Assembly: GCA_029287515.1 (NCBI GenBank)
Contig: JARFQZ010000110.1
Coordinates: forward strand, 1 to 48,562
DNA length: 48,562 nt
Direction: 5' to 3'
Source: Lysobacterales bacterium
Lineage (GTDB): Bacteria > Pseudomonadota > Gammaproteobacteria > Xanthomonadales > SZUA-36
Shown here piece after piece: positions 1 through 9,108 of this stretch; position 1 is the first letter of the stretch; every line of letters begins with the position of its first letter. The translations under genes and the position numbers were made by a program. Below the pieces are notes generated by a model. The model was given only the letters and a program-made list of their open reading frames with translations, had not been told where the DNA came from and ran no database searches.

Positions 1-39
1 TCTGACGACGCTTTTCAGTTTAATCGCTACAGGCAATTA

Positions 40-1437
40 ATGGTAAAAATTATCGAACAAATTAACGATAATGTGCCGATGCCCTGTAGAAGAGCAACAA
101 TCAGGCTATTACTGCAATGCATTCCGGCGTTCCTGTTGGTAACCGGCCTTGCGTGGGCCCAGGACCAGGAAGTGGTTCAGGAACCTGAAGCTGCACAGGA
201 TGAAGTATCGGAACCGGCAGCGGGGCCAATCGATCTCCAGATCGGTATGACCGAGGAGGAGAAGGAACAGGTAGAGGAAGTCCTCGAGGAAGCGGGGGAG
301 ACCGCGCGCGGTAAAGAAGCCGCCCTCAACGAGGATCCGGAAGCACAGCGTCGTTCCCAACTGCAGGAAGAGCCGATCCTGCGCCAGCTTTGGAAAGGAA
401 TCCAGATCTACGGCAGCGTCCGCCTGCATGCGATCAACAACTTTAACGAAAAAAATGAGCTTACTGAGTTCAATCTCGGTGACGGCGCCTCCCGTATCGG
501 TATCCGGGGTGAGTTGCCGCTGGGCAAAAAGTGGTGGCTGTTCGGGCGTGCGGAGGCGGGCTTTGATGTGCTCGATACCTTCACAGAGAAAGGAGGTAAC
601 GAGGAGAACCCGGAAAACGGTTTGACCAAGCGGCTGCTATATGGCGGTTTCGATTCGGAAAACCTGACCATGTCCTGGGGCAAGAACTGGTCTGCTTACT
701 ACAAGATCGCCGGCATGACGGATCGCTTTTCGATTTTCGGCGGCAGCGCCGCGGGCGTTTACAACGCACGCACCGACGGTGGCCCGACTGGCACGGGGCG
801 TGCGGATGACGTGATTCAGGCCCGCATCCACACGAGCGGTATCAGCGCGCTGAACATCAAGCCATTCAACCTGAACGTGCAGTACCAGTATGGCCGCCCG
901 ATCCCCTGGGTTGAAGACCGGTATTACGGCGACTCCTATGGTGCGAGCGCCTGGTTGGAGACGGAGAAAGACAGGGGTATTGGCCTGGCCGCCCATGTAT
1001 CCAAGATCGATAACCTGGAAGACGGGAGGATCAGGGGGGCGGGAATCAACGGAGATGCGAGAGCCATTGCCACCGCGTTCCGTAGTTATGGCGATCACTG
1101 GTATGCCGCGTTGGTCGTGGCCAGGCTGGAAAACATCATGACCACGGACACGGACCAGTATGTAGACGGATACGGCGTGGAGCTCTACGCCCAGTGGCAG
1201 TTCAAGGATCGCTGGTGGCTGATCGGAGGCGGCAACTGGTTTGGCCCCGACAGCGATGACCCGGAAGCCAGGGAGTACGAGGTCCACTATTACGTTCTGG
1301 GCTTTCGCTACACCTTAGACTCATTCAACCGGATGGTGTACCTCGAATACCGGATGGATAATGGCCTGTTGCATGACGGCACCCCTCGCAGAAACGAGCT
1401 GACCGTCGGTTTCCGCTGGGATTTTGGTCACAAATAG
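40..1437 (+). CDS. Outer-membrane porin, possibly OprO/OprP-like phosphate-selective porin family
   Basis: 465-aa ORF. It has a hydrophobic leader (LLLQCIPAFLLVTGLAWA/QDQ) and an acidic low-complexity linker. The rest has an alternating beta-strand pattern rich in G/Y/W/F/R and ends ELTVGFRWDFGHK, typical of OM beta-barrels. The family assignment is by composition and pattern only. The start may be Met14 (nt 79). Confidence 0.6.
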   Translation: MVKIIEQINDNVPMPCRRATIRLLLQCIPAFLLVTGLAWAQDQEVVQEPEAAQDEVSEPAAGPIDLQIGMTEEEKEQVEEVLEEAGETARGKEAALNEDPEAQRRSQLQEEPILRQLWKGIQIYGSVRLHAINNFNEKNELTEFNLGDGASRIGIRGELPLGKKWWLFGRAEAGFDVLDTFTEKGGNEENPENGLTKRLLYGGFDSENLTMSWGKNWSAYYKIAGMTDRFSIFGGSAAGVYNARTDGGPTGTGRADDVIQARIHTSGISALNIKPFNLNVQYQYGRPIPWVEDRYYGDSYGASAWLETEKDRGIGLAAHVSKIDNLEDGRIRGAGINGDARAIATAFRSYGDHWYAALVVARLENIMTTDTDQYVDGYGVELYAQWQFKDRWWLIGGGNWFGPDSDDPEAREYEVHYYVLGFRYTLDSFNRMVYLEYRMDNGLLHDGTPRRNELTVGFRWDFGHK

Positions 1438-1501
1438 CCTGGTAACCTGGATTGCATAAATAATATAGTTTCGTATATTGACTCAAACGGTCGAGCCAGG
1501 A

Positions 1502-2287
1502 TCAGGCCTGGTGGGTTTCACCTCGGACCCAGACTTTTGCCGTGTACAACGTTTCATAGCCAAGTCGCTGATAAAGTGGAAATCCGGCAGGTGTAGCGCC
1601 CAGGAAAAATGCAGTGGCTCCGGCTTGCCTGGCACCAAACATGACCCGTGAAAGCAGGGCTTTTCCTATTTTCTGCCCTTGTGCATCTACGTGGGTACCC
1701 ATGGCCCAAACACCAATCACCTCGCCGTGCCGGGTGACTGTTACGGTAGAAAGTATTTTGCCATCGCGTTCAGCCAGGTAAATATCCAGCGAAGGTGATT
1801 GCACCAGGCGTAGCGGCATGGCCCGACGCACACTGGCGCCTGGCATCTGATACGCGCTCTCCATTACTTCTACCATGCCATTGTAGTCGTCTTCAGTTTG
1901 CAGTTTGCGAATATCAACGCCCTGAACCTGGAAATCCACAGCTGCCTCTCCCGGACACACCATCAAAGGCCAGTCGGTGGCATAGACCAGGCCCAGCTGT
2001 TCGCATACCGGAGCGGCAGCCTCGCTGGCATCGGGCGCGACCATGCAGGCAAATGGCAGTTCGCGCTCGTCACACCAGTCCACATAACGACCGAATGCTG
2101 CAAGTGCCGCGCTGTCCCCGCTATTCAACATCAGGTAATTCAGGTCGGCTACCGGCTCGCCCGAAACCGCCATGGCTGTACCCTGGCAGGCTTCAGCATG
2201 GAAATGCTCGGCGCAGCTGTAAAACATCAGGAGCGCGTCGCCAGTCAGGCGAGTCAGAATGTCGGTAGTTAAATCTTTTGCATGCAT
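1502..2287 (-). CDS. GNAT-family N-acetyltransferase
   Basis: 261 aa. The C-terminal half has the acetyl-CoA binding signature (VIGVWAMGTHVDAQGQKIGKALLSRV...GFPLYQRLGYE). An AAGG sequence lies 8 nt upstream of the ATG. Confidence 0.75.
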   Translation of the reverse strand: MHAKDLTTDILTRLTGDALLMFYSCAEHFHAEACQGTAMAVSGEPVADLNYLMLNSGDSAALAAFGRYVDWCDERELPFACMVAPDASEAAAPVCEQLGLVYATDWPLMVCPGEAAVDFQVQGVDIRKLQTEDDYNGMVEVMESAYQMPGASVRRAMPLRLVQSPSLDIYLAERDGKILSTVTVTRHGEVIGVWAMGTHVDAQGQKIGKALLSRVMFGARQAGATAFFLGATPAGFPLYQRLGYETLYTAKVWVRGETHQA

Positions 2288-2406
2288 GATCGGAGCCTTG
2301 TTGTTATTTATGATTGAAGATTCAAAAACACTTGATTAATTGACTTTTGGTTCGAAGCCTCGCCAATAGTGCTCGGGGAACTTTAATCTCCAGCGAAAAA
2401 AATTTC

Positions 2407-4326
2407 TTAGTCTGACCCGGTATTCCCAACCGGCACGGTAAACGCGTCCGCGACCAGCCGGTCCACGTTATCTCCGGTCAGTGCATCGAGAAACGACAAC
2501 AGCTGACCGATTTCTTCCTGGGTGAGTCCCAATGGCCGCACCAGCGGATCGAGCAGTTCATTCTCAACACCGCCCCGATTGTAGAATTCGATCACGTCTT
2601 TCAGCGTGGAAAGCGAGCCATCGTGCATATACGGGGCCGTCAGGGCGACATTCCTTAGCGAAGGAGTACGGTATTTCCACCGGTCATCCGGGTTCTCGGT
2701 GATCTCGTATAAACCCAGGTCATTTGGCCTGGGTTCCGACGCGTCAGCGACAATGTCCCCCCTCACAAGGATGGATTCGCCAGGAGCAATCTGCACCCGG
2801 GTGTTTGCTGGTGTTTTGGACATGCTGTGCCGATAACCGATACCCGTATTGTGCATCCGGTTATCGGTGAACAGAGACCAGTCTTTCCCAACCAGGTGGC
2901 AGGCGGCACAGCCGGCTTGACCCGTGAACAGCCGGAACCCCGCCTGTTGCTCCGCGTTCATCGCGTCTTTTTCCTTCCCGTAGTACCAGCGGTCAAATGG
3001 ACTGTTGCCGGAGACCAGAACGCGCTCGTAACTGGCCAGCGCCTTGCCAACGGTCTCCATGGAAACGCCCCGGCCGGGAAAAGCCTTCTCAAACATTGCG
3101 GGATACTCCGGGATGCGGGTGATCTGATCGATGACCAGGCCCACCGAAGGATTGCCCATTTCGTTGTGGGCCAGCAGCGGACCCCAGATCTGCTGCTCGA
3201 GCGAGCTTTCCCTGCCGTCATGAAACAAGCGCTCCAGGTAGGCCACGTTATAAATGGTCGGCGAATTGCGCCGCACGGTCCGGCCTTCGATTCCGACCGC
3301 GGTGGCCAGTTCGTTGCTGGTGAAGCCCTGTTCCGGCACGTGGCACATGGCGCAGGAAAACGTGTTGTTGTGCGAGAGTCTCCGATCGAAAAACAGCAAT
3401 CGCCCGAGGGCTATTTTTTCTTCAGTAAGGGGATTGTTCGGGGCGGATGTGATGGCCGGCAGACCCAGCGGCTGGGTGAATTCAGCACTCCAGAGTTCGG
3501 CCGATACGCCTTTGCGGCGCTCCAGGCTTTGCGCCCGGGTCTGGTAGTTACTGGATTCATATCCTGCTTTGTTGTCCCCGGGGCCCTGCAGGGCGTGAAC
3601 TTCGTAAGGTTCCATCTGCAGGGTCCGGATATCGTTCAGCATCGTATCTGCGTGCAGATACGAAGCACTGAAAATGTTCCGGATCCGAAGGTTCCGGTCG
3701 ACCAGGAAGACCCGGAGTATGTGAGAAATGTTCCCGGCCTCACCTTCCTCCGCATTGGGATCGCGGACAATGGACTGGCCGTAAGTCTCCAGGATCGGTT
3801 CCAACGCAGGCTGGCCGCTGGTGGTCAGGAAGTACCAGTCGAAGTTTCCTGAAATATACGGCCTGCCATAGCGCTTCATCACCTCCGGCGTGTCCTGCAC
3901 GGGATCGAAGCTCAGGCTGATAAAGCGCACGCCTTCACCCCTGCTTTTATCTTCCAGGAGTTGGTCCTGCAGCTTTTCCAGCACATGGGTGGCCAGTGGG
4001 CAGCCGTTCGCGTCAGAACAACTGCTGTAGATAAAACTCAATACCACGACCTTGTCGCCCATCAGGGCGTGCAGCGTGGTTTCTTCGCTGTCACTGGTGA
4101 TGACACGGCCGTCGCCCGCCATGCCGATGGGGGGAAGCTGGTAGCTGCCGGCTTCGGGCGGTTCGAATTCGAGCTCACTCCACCCGGGCGCCAGCACCTG
4201 GCTTTGAGTGGGTTCATCCTGGGCTGCCCTGACATCCAAACCGGGGCTTGCCAGGATAAACAGCAGCAGCAGGCCGGTGAGCCGGTCGCTTACCAGCCGT
4301 GTACTGGCTTCCCCGGCCTCAGGCAT
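2407..4326 (-). CDS. Fusion protein: N-terminal SCO1/SenC-like thioredoxin-fold domain plus C-terminal di-haem cytochrome c peroxidase/MauG domain
   Basis: There is an N-terminal hydrophobic anchor or leader (LTGLLLLFILASPGLDVRA). The SCO-like block reads VVVLSFIYSSCSDANGCPLATH...ISHILRVFLVD. Two CxxCH haem motifs are present: CAMCH at 3340-3354 and CAACH at 2896-2910. The C-terminal block RTPSLRNVALTAPYMHDGS is typical of the CCP/MauG family. The ATG at 4326 overlaps the stop of the upstream gene (TGATG). Confidence 0.85.
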   Translation of the reverse strand: MPEAGEASTRLVSDRLTGLLLLFILASPGLDVRAAQDEPTQSQVLAPGWSELEFEPPEAGSYQLPPIGMAGDGRVITSDSEETTLHALMGDKVVVLSFIYSSCSDANGCPLATHVLEKLQDQLLEDKSRGEGVRFISLSFDPVQDTPEVMKRYGRPYISGNFDWYFLTTSGQPALEPILETYGQSIVRDPNAEEGEAGNISHILRVFLVDRNLRIRNIFSASYLHADTMLNDIRTLQMEPYEVHALQGPGDNKAGYESSNYQTRAQSLERRKGVSAELWSAEFTQPLGLPAITSAPNNPLTEEKIALGRLLFFDRRLSHNNTFSCAMCHVPEQGFTSNELATAVGIEGRTVRRNSPTIYNVAYLERLFHDGRESSLEQQIWGPLLAHNEMGNPSVGLVIDQITRIPEYPAMFEKAFPGRGVSMETVGKALASYERVLVSGNSPFDRWYYGKEKDAMNAEQQAGFRLFTGQAGCAACHLVGKDWSLFTDNRMHNTGIGYRHSMSKTPANTRVQIAPGESILVRGDIVADASEPRPNDLGLYEITENPDDRWKYRTPSLRNVALTAPYMHDGSLSTLKDVIEFYNRGGVENELLDPLVRPLGLTQEEIGQLLSFLDALTGDNVDRLVADAFTVPVGNTGSD

Positions 4327-5723
4327 CAATTGCCGCCGCTGTTGCCCGGCATTTCGCTGGCTGCAACGTTCGGATGGCTCTGGCCGTAAAGTGAATAGGC
4401 GCCAAAACGCATCTGGTGCGGTAACCCCAGGTTTTCGGCCACGAAATCGATGGTGAATTCGTGACTGAGCTTTTTACCGTCCCAGGTATAGGACTTGAAG
4501 TATTGCAGGTCTTCGCCTTCCGGGGCCTCGGTCTTGTCCCAGTTGGCCAGCAGCGACGAGGTGAAGTAGATACGCTTGCCGTCCCAACTCTGCGAGGCCA
4601 TGTTGATCTGCGCACCGATCCTGGTTTGCTGGACTTCCACCGGGTTGAAGGGGTCGGAGATATCGAACAGGCGGGCCATGCCGTCGTTCCATGTGTCGAT
4701 CCACAACTCGGTGTCATCGGCGGAAATGGAAATATCGACCGGCAGCGGAATTTTCGACGCATCACCGATATCCGCCACGGCTTTCGCCTGCCATTCACCA
4801 TCGTCGTCTTCGTAAATCAGCCATACTTTCGAGGTCAGGGCCGTGGTGGTGAAGCAATAATTGTTGTGTGGGCCCCAGGCGCAGCGGATTTCCAGCGGAG
4901 CTCCGGGGACATCGAAAATCTTTTTCGGCTTGCGGGTATGCAGGTCCCATACCACGACGGTATTGCCGAAACGTTTCATGGCCTCGGGATCCCCCATCAG
5001 CTTACCCAGGTTCATCATGTAGTTGTTCCAGCCGGTAAACGACGAGGTGATCATGACGTTGCGGCGGGGCAGGGCGCGAATGTCATAGCCGTAGCCATCG
5101 GCAAAGTTGCCCGATTTGACCGCGCCGCCCAGGTCCTGGTCTGTCGGCATCCAGTGAGTTGCCACGTAGTCGCCGGTGTTGGTGTACTCGACCAGCGCGG
5201 TCCGCCCGCCGTGGTCCTTGTCGTTGGAAAGGCCGGTCAGCATCATCCGGCCGGGCAGGGCGTAAGTGGTATGGGGGCCGACCACGCCGCCGCTGGCCTT
5301 GACGAAGTCATCGATGGTTCTGTACAGCGTGGGTTTGGCCGGGTCGGTATGCACGTCGAAGATGAAGATCTTGCTGGTGTCGAGTCCCCCGGCCCACAGG
5401 TAGTGGCGGTCATCGGTAAAACCGGAGTGGTGAGCCTCGTTGCGCCCGCCCACGGACAGCGTGTTGACCACTTTGCCGTAGGTTGGCGAGGCCGGATTCA
5501 CGTCAACGGTTACGAGTTTGTCCTGTTCGTCACCGACGCCTTCCGCGCCCAGTGTCCAGACGTAAACATAATCTTCCTGACCGACGATTTTAGCCATGTA
5601 GGGCGACATGCAGGTTTCGTCGGCTATTGCGGTGGCTGGCGCGGTTGCCATCACTGCCAGTAGCAGGCTCAGACAGAAAAACGCACCTTTTTTGAGCGGC
5701 GCATGAAGTGTTTTCGATTGCAT
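4326..5723 (-). CDS. mtoX: Selenium-binding protein 56 family protein, candidate periplasmic methanethiol oxidase
   Basis: 465 aa with a Sec-type leader (FFCLSLLLAVMATAPATAIA/DE). SBP56-type blocks are present: YVYVWTLG, DKLVTVDVNP, GGRNEAHHSGF and LWAGGLDTSKIFIFDV. A strong SD (AGGAGAG) lies upstream. A SCO1/MauG gene follows immediately, which is the known mtoX gene context. Confidence 0.8.
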   Translation of the reverse strand: MQSKTLHAPLKKGAFFCLSLLLAVMATAPATAIADETCMSPYMAKIVGQEDYVYVWTLGAEGVGDEQDKLVTVDVNPASPTYGKVVNTLSVGGRNEAHHSGFTDDRHYLWAGGLDTSKIFIFDVHTDPAKPTLYRTIDDFVKASGGVVGPHTTYALPGRMMLTGLSNDKDHGGRTALVEYTNTGDYVATHWMPTDQDLGGAVKSGNFADGYGYDIRALPRRNVMITSSFTGWNNYMMNLGKLMGDPEAMKRFGNTVVVWDLHTRKPKKIFDVPGAPLEIRCAWGPHNNYCFTTTALTSKVWLIYEDDDGEWQAKAVADIGDASKIPLPVDISISADDTELWIDTWNDGMARLFDISDPFNPVEVQQTRIGAQINMASQSWDGKRIYFTSSLLANWDKTEAPEGEDLQYFKSYTWDGKKLSHEFTIDFVAENLGLPHQMRFGAYSLYGQSHPNVAASEMPGNSGGN

Positions 5724-5860
5724 GATTGGCTCTCCTGTATGTATAGACTGGCGAATTTTTTATTTTTCCAGCCTGTGCATGTTATAGCATAGTCAATGTG
5801 GGTAAAAATTCAGCCGGGTTCTATTCTGAAGGAACAGCTTTTTGAGAAATGGAGATTCGA

Positions 5861-7795
5861 ATGCAAACTAATTCCCTGCTCACCACAGCCATGATCTTCC
5901 TGCTCGTTTCGCCCTCACAGGTGCTCGCAGAGAGTGGAGCGCGTTGGCTCAACGACGGAAAAGCCGTTCAGGCCCGGGTGTTCGAACCTGTAATGGACCG
6001 CAACCATGATCCGGTCATTTTTCAGCGCTCAGAACTGGAACGGTCAGCGGACGTTGGCGAGAAGGGCGAGCCCAAGGCATCCACCCTGGGCTTTCAGATC
6101 CCCCTTCGACAGGGGCTTTCAAACACCTATCCGGGATTGATAACCATCGCCGCTTACGTCGACCATGACGAGGTGAACCCGAATAGCCTGCTCGACTGGA
6201 ATTGTGGTCAGCGGACTTATGATGGTGAAGATTTTGGCCACAATGGCACAGACTTTAACGGGGTCCTCTACCCATGGCGCACGATGGCCAATGACGGCAT
6301 GATCGTGACCGCTGCAGCCGACGGTGAAATTATCGACCGGCATGACGGCGAATTCGATCAGAACTGCGCTTTCGATTCCGAGGCCCAGGCGAATTTCGTC
6401 GTACTGGAGCATGCGGACGGCAAGATAACAATCTACGCACACATGAAGAAAGGCACGGTGACGCCCCGAAAGGTCGGTGATCTTGTAGAGCAGGGCGATT
6501 ACCTCGGGGTGATGGGCAGTTCAGGGATGTCCAGCGGGCCCCACCTTCACCTGGGGGTGCAGGATCTGTCAAATAACCTGTTCGATCCCTATGCCGGTAC
6601 TTGCAACGAGCTAAATGCGGAAAGCTTGTGGGAAGACCAGGAAGACTACAAGGAACAGACCATCCTGGCGGCGGAAACGCACGGTGCAGCTCCGGAGTAT
6701 CCGCCGTGCCCGGAACAGGAAAAGCCCAACCTGAAAGACGTTTTTGCCGCGTCTGACATTATTTTTGCCTCGGCTACCGTACGCGACTTCGACAATACTG
6801 ACGAATTCGGAGTCGAGGTTCTCGACCCGTCCGGGCAAGCGATACTTGCCACCACGTATTCTGATCCCAACGCAGGGCAATTTACCGGCGTTCAGATTTA
6901 CTGGAATTTCCAGTTACCCCAATCCGCCATCGATGGTGAATACACCTGGCGGATCACATATGCCGGCAATAGCCTCGATCACAGTTTCTATGTCGGCGCT
7001 GGTCCCGACCCCCAGCCTGAAGCGGTGCCGGCCAACAATGCCTTTACCGGCCTCTGGTACGACCCGGCACTCGATGGCGAAGGCTTCAATATCGTCACCA
7101 CCGACGGTGGCACCATCGTCTATTTCTATGGGAGCGATGACCGTGGAAACCGGCTCTGGCTGACATCGGACCTGATTCCGGGCGAGATCAGGGCCGGTGT
7201 GCCCATCAGCGTGTTGATGTACGAATCAACCGGCGGGATTTTCCGGACCCCGGTACCCAGCGCCCGAGGCCTTTCGCAGTGGGGAACGCTAAGCCTGCTG
7301 TTCAGCGCCTGTAACGCCGGACAGTCCACCCTGCAAGGTGCTGACGGCAACAAGAATTCGCAGATTACCAAGCTGGCCGGCGTTGCCGGCGCGGCCTGTG
7401 TCGAGGGCGATGTGCCTGCTGATGCCCCCTGGGCAGGGCTCTGGTATGACCCTTCAAAAGACGGTGAGGGCTACAACCTGATTGTCGCGCCGATTGGCAG
7501 GATTCTCTATTTCTATGGCTTCAAGACCAGCGGATTGAGGCTCTGGCTCGTCAGCGACCTGATTGCCGACACCCTCAGCGTTGGCCAAACCGTTGCCATC
7601 AGGATGTTTGAATCCACCGGGGGCACCTTCAATACACCCATACCCAGCGGTGAGGCGCTGGTGGAGTGGGGCACGGGCGAAATCACGGTGATCGACTGCA
7701 ACACCGTGACTATCGTATTGACTGGAACCGACGGCAACAAAACCAGCAATACCGTAAGACTGGCCGGGATCATCGATTCCACCTGCCCGCTCTAG
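5861..7795 (+). CDS. Secreted M23-family metallopeptidase with two C-terminal tandem repeat domains
   Basis: The signal peptide is MQTNSLLTTAMIFLLVSPSQVLA/ES. The M23 motifs are HNGTDF (HxxxD) and SSGPHLHLGV (HxH). GGAG lies 6 nt upstream of the ATG at 5861. An alternative ATG is at 5849. Confidence 0.8.
   Translation: MQTNSLLTTAMIFLLVSPSQVLAESGARWLNDGKAVQARVFEPVMDRNHDPVIFQRSELERSADVGEKGEPKASTLGFQIPLRQGLSNTYPGLITIAAYVDHDEVNPNSLLDWNCGQRTYDGEDFGHNGTDFNGVLYPWRTMANDGMIVTAAADGEIIDRHDGEFDQNCAFDSEAQANFVVLEHADGKITIYAHMKKGTVTPRKVGDLVEQGDYLGVMGSSGMSSGPHLHLGVQDLSNNLFDPYAGTCNELNAESLWEDQEDYKEQTILAAETHGAAPEYPPCPEQEKPNLKDVFAASDIIFASATVRDFDNTDEFGVEVLDPSGQAILATTYSDPNAGQFTGVQIYWNFQLPQSAIDGEYTWRITYAGNSLDHSFYVGAGPDPQPEAVPANNAFTGLWYDPALDGEGFNIVTTDGGTIVYFYGSDDRGNRLWLTSDLIPGEIRAGVPISVLMYESTGGIFRTPVPSARGLSQWGTLSLLFSACNAGQSTLQGADGNKNSQITKLAGVAGAACVEGDVPADAPWAGLWYDPSKDGEGYNLIVAPIGRILYFYGFKTSGLRLWLVSDLIADTLSVGQTVAIRMFESTGGTFNTPIPSGEALVEWGTGEITVIDCNTVTIVLTGTDGNKTSNTVRLAGIIDSTCPL
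7043..7786 (+). repeat. Intragenic tandem duplication: two 119-aa repeat domains (7043-7399 and 7430-7786) in the M23 protein
   Basis: A gapless hand alignment gives 55/119 identical residues. Shared blocks include GLWYDPxxDGEG, YFYG, RLWL, SDLI, ESTGG, WGT and DGNK, plus two conserved Cys per repeat. Confidence 0.85.
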
Positions 7796-7811
7796 GGAGC
7801 AGGGAAGCGAA
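7787..7811 (+). repeat. Remnant copy of the REP-like intergenic repeat (see 40754-40812)
   Basis: The 16-mer GGGAGCAGGGAAGCGA (7795-7810) is identical to 40792-40807. The flanking CCGCTCTAG resembles CCGCCTCTGG of the full copy. The remnant sits across the stop codons of two convergent genes. Confidence 0.45.
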
Positions 7812-9092
7812 TCACTTTTGCGGTTGGCGGTAAATTCTGCCGTCTTTCATGACGAAGTTTATTTCGCTCAACAGCGAGATATCCTCCAGTGGATTCCCTT
7901 CCAGGGCAACGATGTCTGCCAGTTTGCCCTGGCTGATGCTGCCCAGCTGGTCTTCCATGCCGATCAGCCTGGCGGCGGTTACGGTCGCGGACTGGATGGC
8001 TTCCATTTCAGGCATACCGCCTTCTACCATGTAGCCGAATTCCAGCGCATTGGTGCCATGCGGGGAAACGCCGGCATCGGTGCCGAAGGCAATGGTGACG
8101 CCACTGGCGTACGCTTTGGCAAAAGTATCCTGGATCTTCGGGCCTACGCTCGCAGCCTTGGGACGAACCACCGGCGGGAAGTAGTCTTCTTCTTCCGCTT
8201 TTTCGGCGACGAACTTGCCGGCTGAAATGGTGGGTACATAGTAGGTACCCTGTTTTTTCATCAGGCTCATCACTTCATCATCCATGAAGGTCCCATGCTC
8301 GATCGATGTGACGCCGGCCTGAACGGCCCGTTTCATGCCTTCGGTGCCGTGCGAGTGGGCCGCGACGGTCATTCCGTAGTCGGTCGCTGTCTCAACCACG
8401 GCCTCGAGTTCTTCCATCGTAAACTGGGGGTTCTGACCGCTCTTGGCCAGGCTCAGCACGCCGCCGGTAGCGGTAATCTTGATCATGTCGGCGCCATCCT
8501 TGTACCGTTGCCGCACGGCCTTGCGGGCATCATCCGCGTTGTTGATCACGCCTTCTTCGGGGCCCGGGTCTCCCATCATGTCCTCGCGAAAACCGTTGGT
8601 CGGGTCTCCGTGGCCACCGGTGGTCGCGATGGTCTTGGCTGCGGTGAAGATTCGCGGCCCGGTGGCGACCCCTTCACTGATCGCATTGCGAAGAGCAACG
8701 GTCACATCGTAGGAATCGCCGAGGTTACGCACGGTGGTGAATCCTGCCTGCAGCGTGATATTCGCGTAATGACTGGCCAGCAGCGCCTGGTCTGCCGCGT
8801 TGTTCTGGAAGCGCTTGATGTAGCCGTTGCGTGACATCTGGCCGGAGAGATGAACATGCATGTCCATCAGGCCCGGGAGACAGGTGTCGAGTTGAATGCG
8901 ATCGGCGTCGTTGCCGGCAGTCACGCTTTTCCCAACGGCGGTAATCCGGTTGTCCTCGATCAGAATCTGCTGGTTTTCCACCAGGCGGCCCCGTTCCACA
9001 TCGACAAGGCGGGCGCATTCCAGCACCGTGGTTTCGGCATGAGCCAGGGAACAGGCAGACAAAAAGTACAGTGGTATGAGTAAACGTTTCAT
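7812..9092 (-). CDS. Secreted amidohydrolase-family metallohydrolase (imidazolonepropionase/Xaa-Pro dipeptidase-like)
   Basis: The signal peptide is MKRLLIPLYFLSACSLAHA/ET. The metal-binding motif is GLMDMHVHL. The later blocks VAAHSHG and IAFGTDAG are typical of the amidohydrolase superfamily. Confidence 0.8.
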   Translation of the reverse strand: MKRLLIPLYFLSACSLAHAETTVLECARLVDVERGRLVENQQILIEDNRITAVGKSVTAGNDADRIQLDTCLPGLMDMHVHLSGQMSRNGYIKRFQNNAADQALLASHYANITLQAGFTTVRNLGDSYDVTVALRNAISEGVATGPRIFTAAKTIATTGGHGDPTNGFREDMMGDPGPEEGVINNADDARKAVRQRYKDGADMIKITATGGVLSLAKSGQNPQFTMEELEAVVETATDYGMTVAAHSHGTEGMKRAVQAGVTSIEHGTFMDDEVMSLMKKQGTYYVPTISAGKFVAEKAEEEDYFPPVVRPKAASVGPKIQDTFAKAYASGVTIAFGTDAGVSPHGTNALEFGYMVEGGMPEMEAIQSATVTAARLIGMEDQLGSISQGKLADIVALEGNPLEDISLLSEINFVMKDGRIYRQPQK

Positions 9093-9108
9093 TCAGAACT
9101 CCGAAAAT

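Noticed and set aside
2340-2365. A tRNA-like T-loop string, GGTTCGAAGCC, in the GNAT/SCO1-MauG spacer.
   Set aside because: The flanks provide no T-stem pairing, acceptor stem or anticodon arm. It is an isolated chance match.
2827-3852. Long antisense ORFs opposite real genes. Examples are 2827-3852 (+), 4461-5663 (+), 9076-9900 (+), 21284-22300 (+), 26422-27108 (-), 31630-32211 (-), 33005-33574 (-) and 38850-39440 (-).
   Set aside because: Each lies fully inside a gene with strong family-level similarity on the other strand. Their translations are low-complexity and rich in Arg, Ser, Gly and Pro, as expected for shadow frames in GC-rich DNA. None has an SD or a recognisable motif.
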